From Vicugna vicugna (Eukaryota), in the NCBI GenBank assembly GCA_013265495.1, contig MU058221.1, positions 4,156,001-4,220,000 on the forward strand: a stretch of 64,000 bases of DNA. Reading direction: 5' to 3'. Positions 39,333 to 52,339 of the stretch are shown piece after piece. The notes below the pieces were generated by a model, which saw only the letters and a program-made list of their open reading frames with translations, was not told where the DNA came from and ran no database searches. Position 1 is the first letter of the stretch. Each line of letters starts with the position of its first letter. Position numbers and translations under genes: made by a program.

Positions 39333-40181
39333 GCAAACATTTCTTGGTTTCATCCAAAATGAATTCATTCGTCCTGACCTCAAAGTTGCCGTCTCTAAAG
39401 TCGATCTCATTTTTCTTCTGAGTGAATCTCCCTGCCCTTTACAGGGAAAATGCTGAGGCAGGCAGCTGGTGATGACTGGAGAACTGCTGGGAAGAAAAGG
39501 GCTGGAATAATCACTTTACATACATTATCTTACCCCAGCCCTTCAAGAGTTCTACGAAGTGTCGGCAACACTGCCTTGGTTTCCAAGAAAATAATCATTC
39601 TTAAAAGGCACACGCTGGAGTTATTTTAGTTTCTTTGGAAGTCTCTTTACTCAGATATACATCCCACAAAGGACTTCCAGCCTCCCACCATCCTGGGAGT
39701 GCAGGTCTGTAGAGTGTGGCCGCAGAAATCAGCTTGCAATGCACGACTGTGCAACCCCAGTCCCTCCTTCACGGTCATCTTCCCGTCAGGGACACTTCCG
39801 CTCACATAAGTGGTACTTCTATTCGTATAGTTGCACTAACCAGGCTACATGACAGAGGGGAAATATCTAATCTTCGCTTTTTTTAGTAATTAAATTGGCA
39901 TTCCAAAGTAATACTGCTCTTGCTAAGGATCACTTGGGCTGATTCCCCTGCCCCTATAGAGACGTATGATTTTTCCCTTCTCCACCATAGAAAGTACCAC
40001 AGTGAAAGTGTTGGCTGGCCCTGCCTGGTCTCTGGATGTTGCAAAAGTCCCTCTCTGCTTAGATTTTACTTCTTCTTTGTGATTTTTTTTCTTACAAGCT
40101 CTATCCCCCTCATTGTTACCCTACCCTGCAGACTCTTCGAGGAGCAAACAATGCAATCTGCTCTCACGGCTAAGTTCCTTT

Positions 40182-40400
40182 GCTTTGGAGTCAGGCAGAC
40201 TGGATTTACGTCCCAGCTGTGTTACTTACCTGTGTGACCCGGGCAGCTTGTTTAACTTGTTCCGATGTTCGGTTTATTCATCTGTAAATGAGGATAATTG
40301 CAGGACCTTCTCCTTATGGCGGCTGCAAGGATGAAATAAAGGTCTGTATGTAAAGAGCTTGACCTTGTACAGATTAAGGGCTCGGTAAATGTTCGCTGGT
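40182..40400 (+). mobile_element. MIR SINE
   Basis: ctttggagtcaggcagactggattt...tgtgtgacccgggcag...catctgtaaatgaggataat. Confidence 0.85.
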
Positions 40401-42206
40401 ACTACAACTGCACAGAGGGCTTTCTAACTATTACTGTTGTGATCATATGTACAAACACACTTCTCGAATTCCAACAGCGATTATTCTAATCCTCTTTTAT
40501 TGAGAAGGAAGCAGATTCGAACAAGTCCAGTAACTTATCAAAGGTCACGCCACACTGCGGGTCATCCCTGACATCGCTTCCTGCCTCTGAGTGGTCAAAA
40601 GCCGGCATCCTTCCCATTTTTGATACTACATTCTCACTCCCTGACATTCCCTACGTCCTTCCTTCTCTTCTTGTTTTCTTTCTTTCCTCTTTCACTCCTT
40701 ACAGAAGACAGTCGAAGGGGTCAGCTCGCTCTTACTTCCCTCCTCCCAGTTTTTCCTAATTCCTCGCTGTCTCCCTGCCTCTCTACCTCATTTTTTTTCC
40801 CTAAAGCCTTTCCTGCATTTATAACTGATGGTGATGAGCCCCCTACCCCAGCTATGAGAGAGGAAAGCTAAATTCAGAGTTAGGATTCCCAACTGGTCTG
40901 TTTCTCCAGCTGCAGAATCTCACTTTAATGCTCCCAGCCCCCCGGCACTTTCCGAGTGACTCTAGGCTGCACTGGATGCTCAGCAGCTTTTGCATTTACG
41001 GGGCTGCCGAGAAATGTCACTGGAAATCCCTCTTCCTTTCCTTCATCTGAGGTGATCAACTCTCTATAGTCAGCATCTGCTATGAATCACTGCCCTCTGC
41101 CCTCACTCAGAGGGGAACGTGGAATTTGTCTGATGAAAACGGAGAGGAAAATAAGAGATGTTGCACAGATACAAGTAGGGGCTTCTAAAGTTGGGGACCA
41201 TGGGTTTTTCAACTAGCAGTCATCCCTTCGCTCAGCCAGGCAGCATACATGGACCACTGGCTGGATGTCGGGTACACTGCTGGGAAGGGAAATCTGAGAA
41301 GACCTGATTAATATGTATTCTATTTACTATCCTGGAATATGGGAGCACGTGCCATAGTGGCTCTTGTTAGGAGAGACCCAAGAAAAATGGACGAAATAAG
41401 AGAGATACTTGGAGAAGACAGTAGAAATAATGTAAGTAACGAGAAAGGACATGGAAATAAACTAGGACACTCTCCAAAGCAGAGTAATCAGCCAGCTGTA
41501 GGTGACCTTGCTGCTCTGAAATGCCACTTGCTAGAGAGGGGCAGTCGCACAGCCTCCCAAAACTGATAGTTTAGCAAGGTATGTAACTATTGTAGGTACA
41601 GGTAAACGCTGCTGGATTTGGGAGGTGCCAAGATGAGAGCTGGGGCTGAAGTACCAGCGAGGGTCTGCAATGGATTTATTCAGAGTTGCGCGATGAAAAA
41701 ACTGTGTTACTGGCACACATGACCAACAGGCCGTCTTGCTGACAAGCCGCAGAACAGAGAATAGCCCAAGGGCCTGCTTTGTACTTTTGATCTGATACAA
41801 AGGGAAAATAGTTATGCTCCGATCTGCAGGGTGTGCTTTCAGCTGCCATGTTGAAAACATTTTCCAAAGCTAGAAGATGAACAAGCATCTTGTATCAGAT
41901 AGAAGGTGTTCCTGGGAAGCTGAACAGCTGAAATAGTACGCTGAAGAAAAAAAGATGCCTTCATCCCCAAAAAGGAAACCCAGGGGCAGAAGAGCAGGTA
42001 GAACTAAAAAATATGAACTCCCAATAAACCAAAACCATTGGATTATGCCCCAGGTTGTGAATGCAGCAGGTGGTGGTGAGACTTATTTCAGGAACTTAGT
42101 TACAGGAAGTGGTAGAGAAGAAAGAAACCCATGAATGTTTAACTGAGGGTCAAAAAAAAAAAATGCCTTAGAGGGACCTGAATCCCCAAATGACCCAGGA
42201 CCAAGC

Positions 42207-42494
42207 CAGCGTTTTCCAAACTAGTGTTCCATGGAACAGTATTTCACAGGACTTAATGTAAGAGCTGCAATTTTATGAAGGGTCTGGATTCCAATGAATC
42301 TGAGAATTGTGAGTTAAAACTAAACAAGTACATTTTTCCCTCTAAGAAAGGCATCTGAGAGCCTTTAATGTGCTGATACATAATGTGTTTCTCTAAGAAG
42401 GAGAAAAAAAAATTTCCCAAACACAATAGTTAAAGGGCACCTATTAGCATCTTCCAGAACTTGCACTTTGTGGACTAATGTTTGGGAGATGTTG
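42207..42494. mobile_element. hAT-Charlie non-autonomous DNA transposon (Charlie4-like)
   Basis: TIR-like ends cagcgttttccaaa / tttgggagatgttg; internal agagcctttaatgtgct motif. Confidence 0.6.
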
Positions 42495-43929
42495 ATTTAG
42501 ATGATTGCTGATATTTGATCAATAGAACTGGCAAACGTATGAGGGCAAGAACAAGAACGTCTGGCCCACGGGGATTCATACAGACAAGCGGATCGCAGCG
42601 TAACCTTGTGGAGTGGTCTACTCGCCGTGTGGCTTCAGGAGATGCAGAGGAAACAAGTTAGGGAGACACTGAGCTCCTGCAAACAGTGCTCACGTTCCAG
42701 CCAGGTTTCTAACCAAATGGGATTTAGAGTGGAGTTCTCAATCTCTTGAGGAAACCATGAGCTAGACAAAGAATCCAAGAAAGAGGACAAGAAGCACGCA
42801 ATGAGCCATCACATCAGATGCAACTCCCAGTCTGGGTCCTGCCCAGCCTCCATCTCTGGCCCACCAAATAGCCGATCTACAAATAGAAGATTAATGACAT
42901 CTTCTCCATGAAATTGTAGAACACAAGTAAATGGCATACATCCTGTCCTATTTTTAATTCAGAAAATGGGGGAAATGTTTCTACACATATTGTATGCATC
43001 AGTAGATCGAGTCTGGAAAACTGGGTAAGAATACACAAGGAGAAATTAGGAAAGTGCTGGCAACTGAAGTTGTTGGTGTGGCCTGGGCTGATGAGGTGCC
43101 ATGATTTTTAAATGCCCACATGATGAATTAGAAATCTCATGCAATCCTCTCTGTTTGATCACATATTTATTCAAAAGCCATTTGGAGCCATCACAATCCT
43201 CACTGTACTGCATCCAGCATTTTAAAATTTAAAAAGAATAATTAATGTGCTTCTAATTCTAAGCTGATAAGGCCTGTCATCTGGAAATAATAAACTATGA
43301 AGAGTCTTCTTTCAAGAAAGTAAAGCAAAAGGCCACAAAGGAGGAATGTCTAGGATTCTGATGATAAAGAAACTGATGACAGGTTGCCACCTGCAACCTC
43401 GTCCCAGGGTTAGCGCCACCCATCTCAGGATAATCAACGTGTGAGTTAAACAAAGGTCTTCACGTTTACAGACACCTCACAAGAGTATAAACCCAGCTGA
43501 CTTTCCAGCATCACTCACATCATCATTGACTGGGCATAATGACCAAAGTCCCTGGTGTAAAATCACGCCAGTGCTTCTCAAGCATTTTTTCATCACACAA
43601 TGAGTTCTGAGCACTGGAGATGTAAGATGGTGCCCTTGTCTTTGAGGAGTTTAGAGTTAATAGATTAAAAAGAACATTGTTTGTGGAAGTGGGATGGAAG
43701 TAGGAACAAGTACCAACAGTCTTGTTGCTTGAAACCTACACAGTTCTGAGTTGATGTACAAAGTTCTGAGCTGATTCACAGCTGCCTTGTGAACCTTGCT
43801 GTAACAGGCAAACAGCATGGACAATTGCCTACTTTAGTACCCATGTAATTAGGAAACTTTCTAAAATTCCTTACAGTGATTGGCAAGTAATATTTACCTA
43901 GCATGAGTTAATTGTTAATTATACTTCAA

Positions 43930-44165
43930 ACAATTATAAATCATTTACTATGTGTCAGACACAGTGCTCACTGCTCTCTCTGCCTTCTATCATTTGAATG
44001 TTGAAGTTTGATTTGAAAAACAACATTATAACTCAAGTTCTATTATTATTTTCAGTTTATCTATGGGGTTGAGGGGAGAAAAACAGAGAGGTTAAGTGAC
44101 TTGCCTAAAGGCACACAGCTAAGAATGGGTTGTCAGGATTTGAACCTAAGCATTATGAATCTAAA
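43930..44165 (-). mobile_element. MIR SINE
   Basis: agagaggttaagtgacttgcctaaaggcacacagctaag...ggatttgaacc. Confidence 0.8.
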
Positions 44166-47012
44166 CGCCCCCATTGAAGAGAGTCATCCAGTGTGTAACA
44201 GTGAACCTCCATTATCTAACTAGTAACTTCAAAGTGACTTAATCTGGGTGGATAGCATTGCTACTAGACAGAATAAAACAAAACTCCCTTTTCTTACCAA
44301 AGCCTCCAATTTTCCAAGTTTTAAGAAAATGGTGGGCTCCATTCCCAGGTAGGCATAGACCACATTAATTACGCCTATCAGCAGGCTAAAGATGGCACTA
44401 ATTATCAAAGGTGCTAATAACCGTGATCACACACAACCTTGGTCAGCCAAACTTTTATAAAGTAGCCAACTAAAGAAGTTGGGAGCACTCGCCCAAAACT
44501 TGAGTTTCTGGGCTGTTCTCCGCCTCCTATTTCAGCCCCTCGATCCTGTGAGCCATCCTAAAGCTTGAACAAGTCCAGCGGGGAGTTCCCTCCCTGCCCT
44601 CATTTCTACTCCCTCTCTTATGGCAGGATTTTTAATCATAGCCTCTGAGCATCTTAGCTCTTCCCCAGCAAAGCCACCGGCAGAAGGAATGCTTTCCAAC
44701 CAAACACACTTAAAAATTAAAACGATGTCCTTTGATGTGCCTCCACCCCCTCCTCCCATAGTTCAGTAAAGAATTGAAAGCTTCACACTTTGGGAACTTC
44801 GGATGTGACAGAATCTGCAACACGAGCTGAAAGCACCAATGATGTATTTCTTATGATGTTTCAAAAACCTATTTGGTTCTAAGCCTCCCCCTTCAGCGGA
44901 TGCTACCTCCTGGTAGATGAGGGTGGTGGCATTTCCCGCTTCATAAAATCATAATGAGGATACACATTAAACCCAGTTGTCTCAAGGCGACGAATTATCT
45001 GGAAAATAAAATGGTCTCAGTTGAAGAATTGGGGGAGTGTAAGGGGCCGGCTTAGATTCTCCATGAGCAGATGCATTGCATGACTCCAGCAGAATAATAA
45101 AAACAGGCCCTGGCTTTGCTCCACTTGGTGGGCTACTGAAGTTTTCAGATGCACCGTCTGGGAAAGTGCTCATTATTAACATTCTCACCGCTCTCGTATT
45201 AACAGCACACATATACACTGAGTTTCAGAATAATAGAGGATTCCATTTCGCAGAACACGACGGCAGATCTTTCATACCGGGTTTTGGCATTTCATGTGAA
45301 ATCAGTGATTCCGTCTTTACATAGCTTGGAGATAAGAGAAATGAAGGATGCTGAGTGAAACCCGTTGGACCCTTGTGATAATGTTGTTTGCTTGGGCCTT
45401 TGAAAGATGGTAAACATCACCAGCTGAGAACTAAGTCATGTCAGAAGATTGAGTAGATTTATAAGGGTGCGTATTTGGCCAGAAACCAAAAAAAAAATCA
45501 CATATTTGAAAACTTCTACCATTTTAGAATCTCATTTATTCCCTAGCAGACTCTCCACTGGGTCCTCAACAAGATCTGACACGCTGGTCCTTCTGATTGT
45601 TCTGGCTCTTGCTCCCACTTCTTCAGCTTTGAGGCTGCATCAGGGTCTACGAGCTATTCCTTGATAGCAGGAGGTCCTCAGTAATTATTTTGTTCAAGTG
45701 TTGTTGAATCTTTACCACCGCCCTCACACAGTCTACCTCTTGCCAACTGCTTGCCCGCTCTGGGATTTCAAGGTGGTTACTTTAATCCTCTTCTTCCTGT
45801 GATTTGATCTATCTCTTCAATTTCCCATTTCTGTTTCTCTGCTTCCAGTGCTGAGCCGTGGAATGAGGGTGGTGAACATTTCATCAAAACGAAACAGCCG
45901 CAGGCCTGCCTCCTGGACCACAGCTTCAACTCGGCCAGGCACCAGCCCCACGGCATGGCCCATAGCAAGGGCAGACGTGCTTACAGACACGGACTTGATC
46001 TTTGAAGCTTTAGGTCCACGGCCCCTGACCAGCTGGCCAACTGTGACCCTCAGGGAGCCCCTGACACTTCCCTGTGTTCATCTCATGGATACAGCCATGC
46101 ATTCTCCCTCTTGAGAACTTCCAGTATGTTTTCTGAACAAGTTGAAAGAGTGCCACGAGTGCTTAGCAAATTTTCCAGTTAGGCAAGAATGTAGACGGAA
46201 GAGAATGTTCTGTACTTGAAGTAAACAGTAATTGTTCTTGAGTTATCTTAACCCGACAACAACAAAAACACTTGTTTTCCCAAGACGGAGGCTGTATAAG
46301 TGAAGTAAACAGACAAGAACACTGGGAGAACACACTCAGATCACCAAGGTGGATTAGATCAGGACAGCCGACTTGGAAGAAACAAAGCCAAAGGAACAAG
46401 CCAAACAAGCTGTGATGATTCAGTGAGATGCTGTCATTATCCGTTTTCTCAAAGGCTGATAGAGTGAATACTTCCTGCACAAAACAAGAGCCACTTTTTA
46501 ACTCTGTGGAAACCAAACTGCCTTAAGTTGATAAACCTATCAATGATCACTTGATTCCTTTCTTTCTTCACATTAGGACGTGGATACATGTGTATGGGAT
46601 AAGAGTGTGAGGAGGAAAGGCAATAGACAAGTTGACTTTTTCCCCTCTGTGGAATAAGTGAGCCAATGAATTGTGCAGTTTTTTTTTAACGTCCTTAAAA
46701 TGCAGTGCAAACAAATCTGTCTTCTCCCCATAGTTTCTTACCACTGCTCACTTTCTCTTGGGTTACTTCAATCCTTTTATCCACTATCATTATCTGATGC
46801 GGTTGTATTAGTGAATAATTCACATCACAAACCGGGGAAACGATGTTTCTGTAAATGATGACAAGTCTGGGGTGAGGAAAACCAGTGAGTTTCCTCTTAA
46901 CTTAACCTTAACATCCAACATCGGTGAATTCTCAGAAATAGTGTTTCAGTAAGAACTGGTCTCACATTAGAGGACCGACAAAGACACTGGAGCTGAAAGT
47001 AAGGATGTATTC

Positions 47013-47150
47013 GGCGGGGAGGGCATAGCTCAATGGTGGAGCGCATGCCTAGCATGCATGAGGTCCTGGGCTCAATCCCCAGGACCTCCATCAAATAAAT
47101 AAATAAATAAACTGAATTGACCCCCAGAAGAAAAACGTAAAACTTCAAAA
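47013..47150 (+). mobile_element. Camelid tRNA-derived SINE (Vic-1-like)
   Basis: ggggagggcatagctcaatggtggagcgcatgcctagcatgcatgaggtcctgggctcaatcccc followed by (AAAT)n. Confidence 0.9.
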
Positions 47151-48511
47151 TCAAAACACGGCAAGGTTTCCCCAAGATCCCCCAAATCTTTGCTAACTCT
47201 CCGGGTTTCCCGCACCACTAAGTGTCCATAGTAGCTGTCGGTCTGAAGCACTGATTGTGCTGACCGCAATTCTGTTTCAAGGGGTGTGTGTGTGTATGCA
47301 CTCACAATGTCCCCAGAATTTTTATCACCCTGAGAGGAGTCACAGCTTATGTTAAAACATGTTTTGTAAATAAAGTGCTGAAACTCACATTCTAACCAGC
47401 TATGAAATTCTTTTTCCATTTATCCCATTTCTCATCCCCTCCAACCCCCCTTCTGCTTACATCTGTGTGTAAATGGGGGAGGGGAGGGCCTGCAGCCTGA
47501 CTAATCCGGTTTCAGTGGGAGCATTCATTCTTTTGTTTGTGATCTCTTGGAGTAAAGCTGCTCTAAGATACAGTGTTGATAGTCTGCATGGGTTCTCTAG
47601 TCATCAAAGTATGTGCTTTCACATTTTTTTTTCTGATCCCTTCTTAGGCTGTCCTGAGCACACTGCAGTTACTCAATAAACAGCTGTTAAAAGCAAGCTT
47701 TCACTGGGTTGACCGATGGACACTTAAGAGGACAAACAGCTCTCAGTATCTACTGAGGTAGACATGTTCCCTGCTTTTCCAAGATTCAGAATTATGCCAG
47801 GAGATGTAGATTTGCAGGGCTCAAATGCCGTTTTTGGAACACTTGTGTCTTGAAAGACAGACTTCAGGAGACTGGCCCCTTGTCTCCCCCTCACCCCTAC
47901 CCTCTTCTGGGCCTGCATGTGATTTGAAACAAAACTTTGTTTAGACTTTCAGGCAGCTGAGGAGTAGCACGGTGCTCACCTTCGTGCTTTCAAAGAGCCT
48001 GTTCTTGACTGGAAGCTGTTTCCAAAGGCAGTTTGGTGGCCTGGCCCTGCCTCCCTATTCAGTGCGAGACAGCGCCCTCCCTGGTGGGGCAGTAAAGGAC
48101 AAGTGGAGACAAGGTCCTTTGGAAGGTGGTCCCCAACACAGTTCCTCCCTCCCTTACGAAGGAGGTCCCTTCTCTCAACATCCAATCTGACTGGTGCCTA
48201 CGATGGAATAAGGAGGGACAACAAAGACTAGAAATCGAGACTGAATTTTTAAATTAAAAAATGTAAAGCTTTGGTTTTTTCATTTACTAGTGTATTATGT
48301 ATGAGACCTTAGCAAGTCTTTTAACTTCTCTAAACATCCATTTTTCTGATTTGTTGAAAAGGAATAACCATGCGTGCTGGGCCTACTGTTGGTATTACAT
48401 TAAATGATATATTTTAAAACGTATTGAAAACTTGAGTCTTCAATGCAACCAAAGGGTATTATCTGGTGGTGTAGAGGGAGTGAGAAGGAGAATATTGGGA
48501 AAATGGGCAAT

Positions 48512-48570
48512 TTTTAGTTTAACCTGATAGAGTAATTGTGCTATAATAACTCTATCGGGTTAACCTAAAA
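48512..48570. repeat. 59-bp hairpin (26-bp arms, 7-nt loop)
   Basis: ttttagtttaacctgatagagtaatt / aataactctatcgggttaacctaaaa; 23 of 26 positions complementary. Confidence 0.85.
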
Positions 48571-48988
48571 GGTTAACTATTTCCATAAAAATCAAAGTGA
48601 TATTACACATGACCATCACACTGTAATTATACAGCAGAGATTTAACCATGTTTCTAGTTCACATTAATATTTAATTAGATTTGAATGCTTCTTCTATAGA
48701 GGGACATTTGAACAAGCGAGGCCATGTTGTAAAAGAAGAAACCACGTGGACTTAAAGTACAGAGTGTATAATTAATTTGAAATGATTAAGCAATAAAACG
48801 TGCACCTAACAGGCCATTAAGCTCATAGTAAATGTTATACTGTTTTAATTGCACTTGATACAAGTGAAAAGCAAAAGGCATTTTTAAAATTTTGCCTTGG
48901 AGGATCTTGGGTGGAAAGTCTAGTACATTTAGTCCTGCTAATATTACTTATATAAGCAATAGGTATGACAGGAAGACAGATCCAGAGG

Positions 48989-50139
48989 CCTTTGGACCCC
49001 AACTGTCAACACTAAGTCCAAGGACAGTCACTTTCAATTGTGACCCATGGAAACCCCAGGATTGTTACTATTACATTGGTGCTCCTCTCAAACAAGTTCC
49101 TAAAACCTATCACAGTATCATTTAGGAGCACTCAGCTTACCTCTGGCTTCTGTATCTAACCAACTAGTCCAAGTAATGCTGGAAGAGTAAGGTATTTCCA
49201 GCAATCTTTTTGAAAACTAAAAGATGGAACCTTTCTATTCCAGAACAACGGGCTCAATCCATTAAACAGGGTTGTCATTAGAGTCAATCCCTCCAGTGTT
49301 GAAACCAAATGCCCCTAAAAGTGATTATGATTAACCTCTCCATCCAAGACTTTTTTCCCTTCCTTGTCCCATGCTTGTTCCCCTCGAGATTGAGGAAAAT
49401 CAATGAAAAAGGGGGATTGTAAGTGAGCAGGACCTGGACAGACACCCCTGCTTCATGTCCTCAACCTGCCTCTTATTTGTAGAAAACCTTTAGTCTCCCA
49501 GGCCTCCCCTGAGTTACCAAAGGCTGACTCAAGAATTAATGATTGAAAGAATGTGAACGTGTAACCTTTGGACCCCAACTGTCAACACTAAGTCCAAGGA
49601 CAATCACTTTCAATTGTGACCCATGGAAACCCCAGGATTGCTACTATTACATTGGTGCTCCTCTCAAACAAGTTCCTAAAACCCATCACAGTATCATTTC
49701 GGAGCACTCAGCTTACCTCTGGCTTCTGTATCTAACCAACTAGTCCAAGTAATGCTGGAAGAGTAAGGTATTTCCAGCAATCTTTTCGAAAACTAAAAGA
49801 TGGAACCTTTCTATTCGAGAACAACGGGCTCAATCCATTAAACAGGGTTGTCATTAGAGTCAATCCCTCCAGTGTTGAAACCAAATGCCCCTAAAAGTGA
49901 TTATGATTAACCTCTCCATCCAAGACTTTTTTCCCTTCCTTGTCCCATGCTTGTTCCCCTCGAGATTGAGGAAAATCAATGAAAAAGGGGGATTGTAAGT
50001 GAGCAGGACCTGGACAGACACCCCTGCTTCATGTCCTCAACCTGCCTCTTATTTGTAGAAAACCTTTAGTCTCCCAGGCCTCCCCTGAGTTACCAAAGGC
50101 TGACTCAAGAATTAATGATTGAAAGAATGTGAACGTGTA
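48989..50139 (+). repeat. Tandem duplication, two copies of a 576-bp unit
   Basis: Units start at 48989 and 49565; I counted 6 substitutions and no indels. Confidence 0.97.
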
Positions 50140-50638
50140 GTAACAAAAAATAATAGTTGGGCCAGGAGAACTGGTAATAATTTAAATAGATCAGCCATAT
50201 AGAAGTCACGGAATATTTAGTTCCTCCCAGGATATATGCCTGATACACATTCCTGTGTTATTGTACAGATACTAAAACCCCCAGCAGATGGGAGAAGCTA
50301 ACTGCATCTTGACCAAGAGCACACAGCCCCCAGGCCAGCTGGAGCCTGAGGACTGATGATGCTAACCACTGTGACATCACCCTGTTACCTCACTATCAAC
50401 CAATCAGCAAATTATACACCAGCAGATCATGCAGCCTAGCAACTTTCTCCCTCACCTTGGCTTTAAAAACCCTTCCCTGAAATCCATCAGAGAGCTTGCG
50501 TCTTTCAAGCATTAGCCACCCATTCTCCTTGCTATGCACCCTGCAATAAACGCTGTACTTTCCTTCACCACAACCTGGTGTCAGAAGATCAGCTTTACTG
50601 CACTTTGGGTGAGCAGACTCAAGTCTGGTTCAATAACA
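49565..50638 (+). mobile_element. ERV1-class 3' end: internal remnant, polypurine tract and 3' LTR (49994-50638)
   Basis: PPT gaaaaaggggga abuts TGTAAG at 49994; LTR ends ...caataaca, with AATAAA near 50545; a truncated LTR copy lies at 49418-49563. Confidence 0.85.
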
Positions 50639-50994
50639 GTGTCTCAGCAGGAATCAGGAGAGAGGATGTAGGAAATACCTAAGGCTAACTGTCAAAGTCT
50701 AAGGATGCTTTGGGAAACATTTTTGTTGTCTTTTAAAATGTCCCGAATGATCATACATTTATCTGATCTCTCAAAAAAAACTATTTCTGACTTTAGCCTC
50801 AGAGGGTCATGAATTTTCCAAGTTTCTTACCTGAACACTAATTCTCAAAGTCCTTCATGGCCCTCAGTCCCCATAACTCTTTTTACTGTATCAACAGTCC
50901 TCAGTAGACAGGATCGTATATATGCTCATCACAATAATACCCAAAGCTCTGACCTGCCTTTTTCTGTTTAGAACTAAACACACAGAGTACAAAA

Positions 50995-51501
50995 NNNNNN
51001 NNNNNNNNNNNNNNNNNNNNNNNNNNNNNNNNNNNNNNNNNNNNNNNNNNNNNNNNNNNNNNNNNNNNNNNNNNNNNNNNNNNNNNNNNNNNNNNNNNNN
51101 NNNNNNNNNNNNNNNNNNNNNNNNNNNNNNNNNNNNNNNNNNNNNNNNNNNNNNNNNNNNNNNNNNNNNNNNNNNNNNNNNNNNNNNNNNNNNNNNNNNN
51201 NNNNNNNNNNNNNNNNNNNNNNNNNNNNNNNNNNNNNNNNNNNNNNNNNNNNNNNNNNNNNNNNNNNNNNNNNNNNNNNNNNNNNNNNNNNNNNNNNNNN
51301 NNNNNNNNNNNNNNNNNNNNNNNNNNNNNNNNNNNNNNNNNNNNNNNNNNNNNNNNNNNNNNNNNNNNNNNNNNNNNNNNNNNNNNNNNNNNNNNNNNNN
51401 NNNNNNNNNNNNNNNNNNNNNNNNNNNNNNNNNNNNNNNNNNNNNNNNNNNNNNNNNNNNNNNNNNNNNNNNNNNNNNNNNNNNNNNNNNNNNNNNNNNN
51501 N
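50995..51501. other. Assembly gap (507 N)
   Basis: Run of N. Confidence 1.
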
Positions 51502-51511
51502 NTGTGTGTGT

Positions 51512-51549
<38 letters not shown>
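51502..51549. repeat. (TG)n microsatellite at the gap edge
   Basis: Directly visible. Confidence 0.95.
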
Positions 51550-51552
<3 letters not shown>

Positions 51553-51904
51553 GGGAGTTTTTTGGTTTTTTGTTTTTGTTGTTGTTGGTTTTTTTTTCTG
51601 TCTTGTTCAAGATGGTTTTGATCCTTATAGCCCTGTAGGTAGGTGGTATCTTTCTTTAAAGAAGAATGCTGAGGGACAAAGAGAAGTTTGTCCAGAGCCA
51701 AATCAAGGCAACAGAAACAGAATTTGCACCTGTATCTCTGACTCCAAGCTGGAACACTCTCTCTGCCAGATTAGGGCATTCAGCAGCTGTAGACTCTGGG
51801 ATGGCAACCGTCTGGCCCTGTTTTGTATGGTTACTCTTGTTTTTGTACAAATAAAAATGTAGAATGTAGGCCATCTGGAAGATATTAATAATATGAATAA
51901 CAGT

Positions 51905-52105
51905 TTATAATTATTGAGTGTTTACTACGCACCAGGCACAATTCTAAGAGCTTTTCACGTGTCCATTTATTTGACTTTCACAACAATGTTTTGCAATGGG
52001 TGCATTCATCCCTTTCTACATAGATGGAAACCTAGGGTTTGCGTCAAGTGCTCGATGGCATAAATCCTCAGCAGAGGGGCCTGGGTTTAAAACAGCCCAA
52101 TCCTA
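51905..52105 (-). mobile_element. MIR SINE
   Basis: ttattgagtgtttactacgcaccaggcacaattctaagagctttt...tacatagatggaaac. Confidence 0.7.
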
Positions 52106-52130
52106 GAGACACATTCTTAACCCTTGTAAC

Positions 52131-52339
52131 AAGTGGCTCTTAGCCAGAGGCAATTTTGGGCCCCAGGCAATGTCTGGCAATGTCTGGAGACATTTTTGGT
52201 TGCCACAAGTGGAGAAGGCAGCATCCGACAGTGGGCAGAGGACAGGGTGCTGCAAAATATCTTACAGTGTTCAGGACAGCCTCCCAAAGCAAAGAATTAT
52301 CTGTTCCAATGTGTCGATCTTGCTGAGCTTGAGAAACTG
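52131..52339 (+). mobile_element. MER20 hAT DNA transposon
   Basis: ggcaatgtctggagacatttttggttgccacaa...caggacagcctccc...caaagaattatc...ttgagaaactg matches the recalled MER20 consensus. Confidence 0.9.

Noticed and set aside
48892..49743. Duplicated short protein (FGPQLSTLSPRT...YYYIGAPLKQVPK)
   Set aside because: The two ORFs are a by-product of the 576-bp duplication of ERV-internal DNA
50891..51701. Longest ORFs (238-266 aa)
   Set aside because: Artefacts of reading through the N gap and the (TG)n repeat
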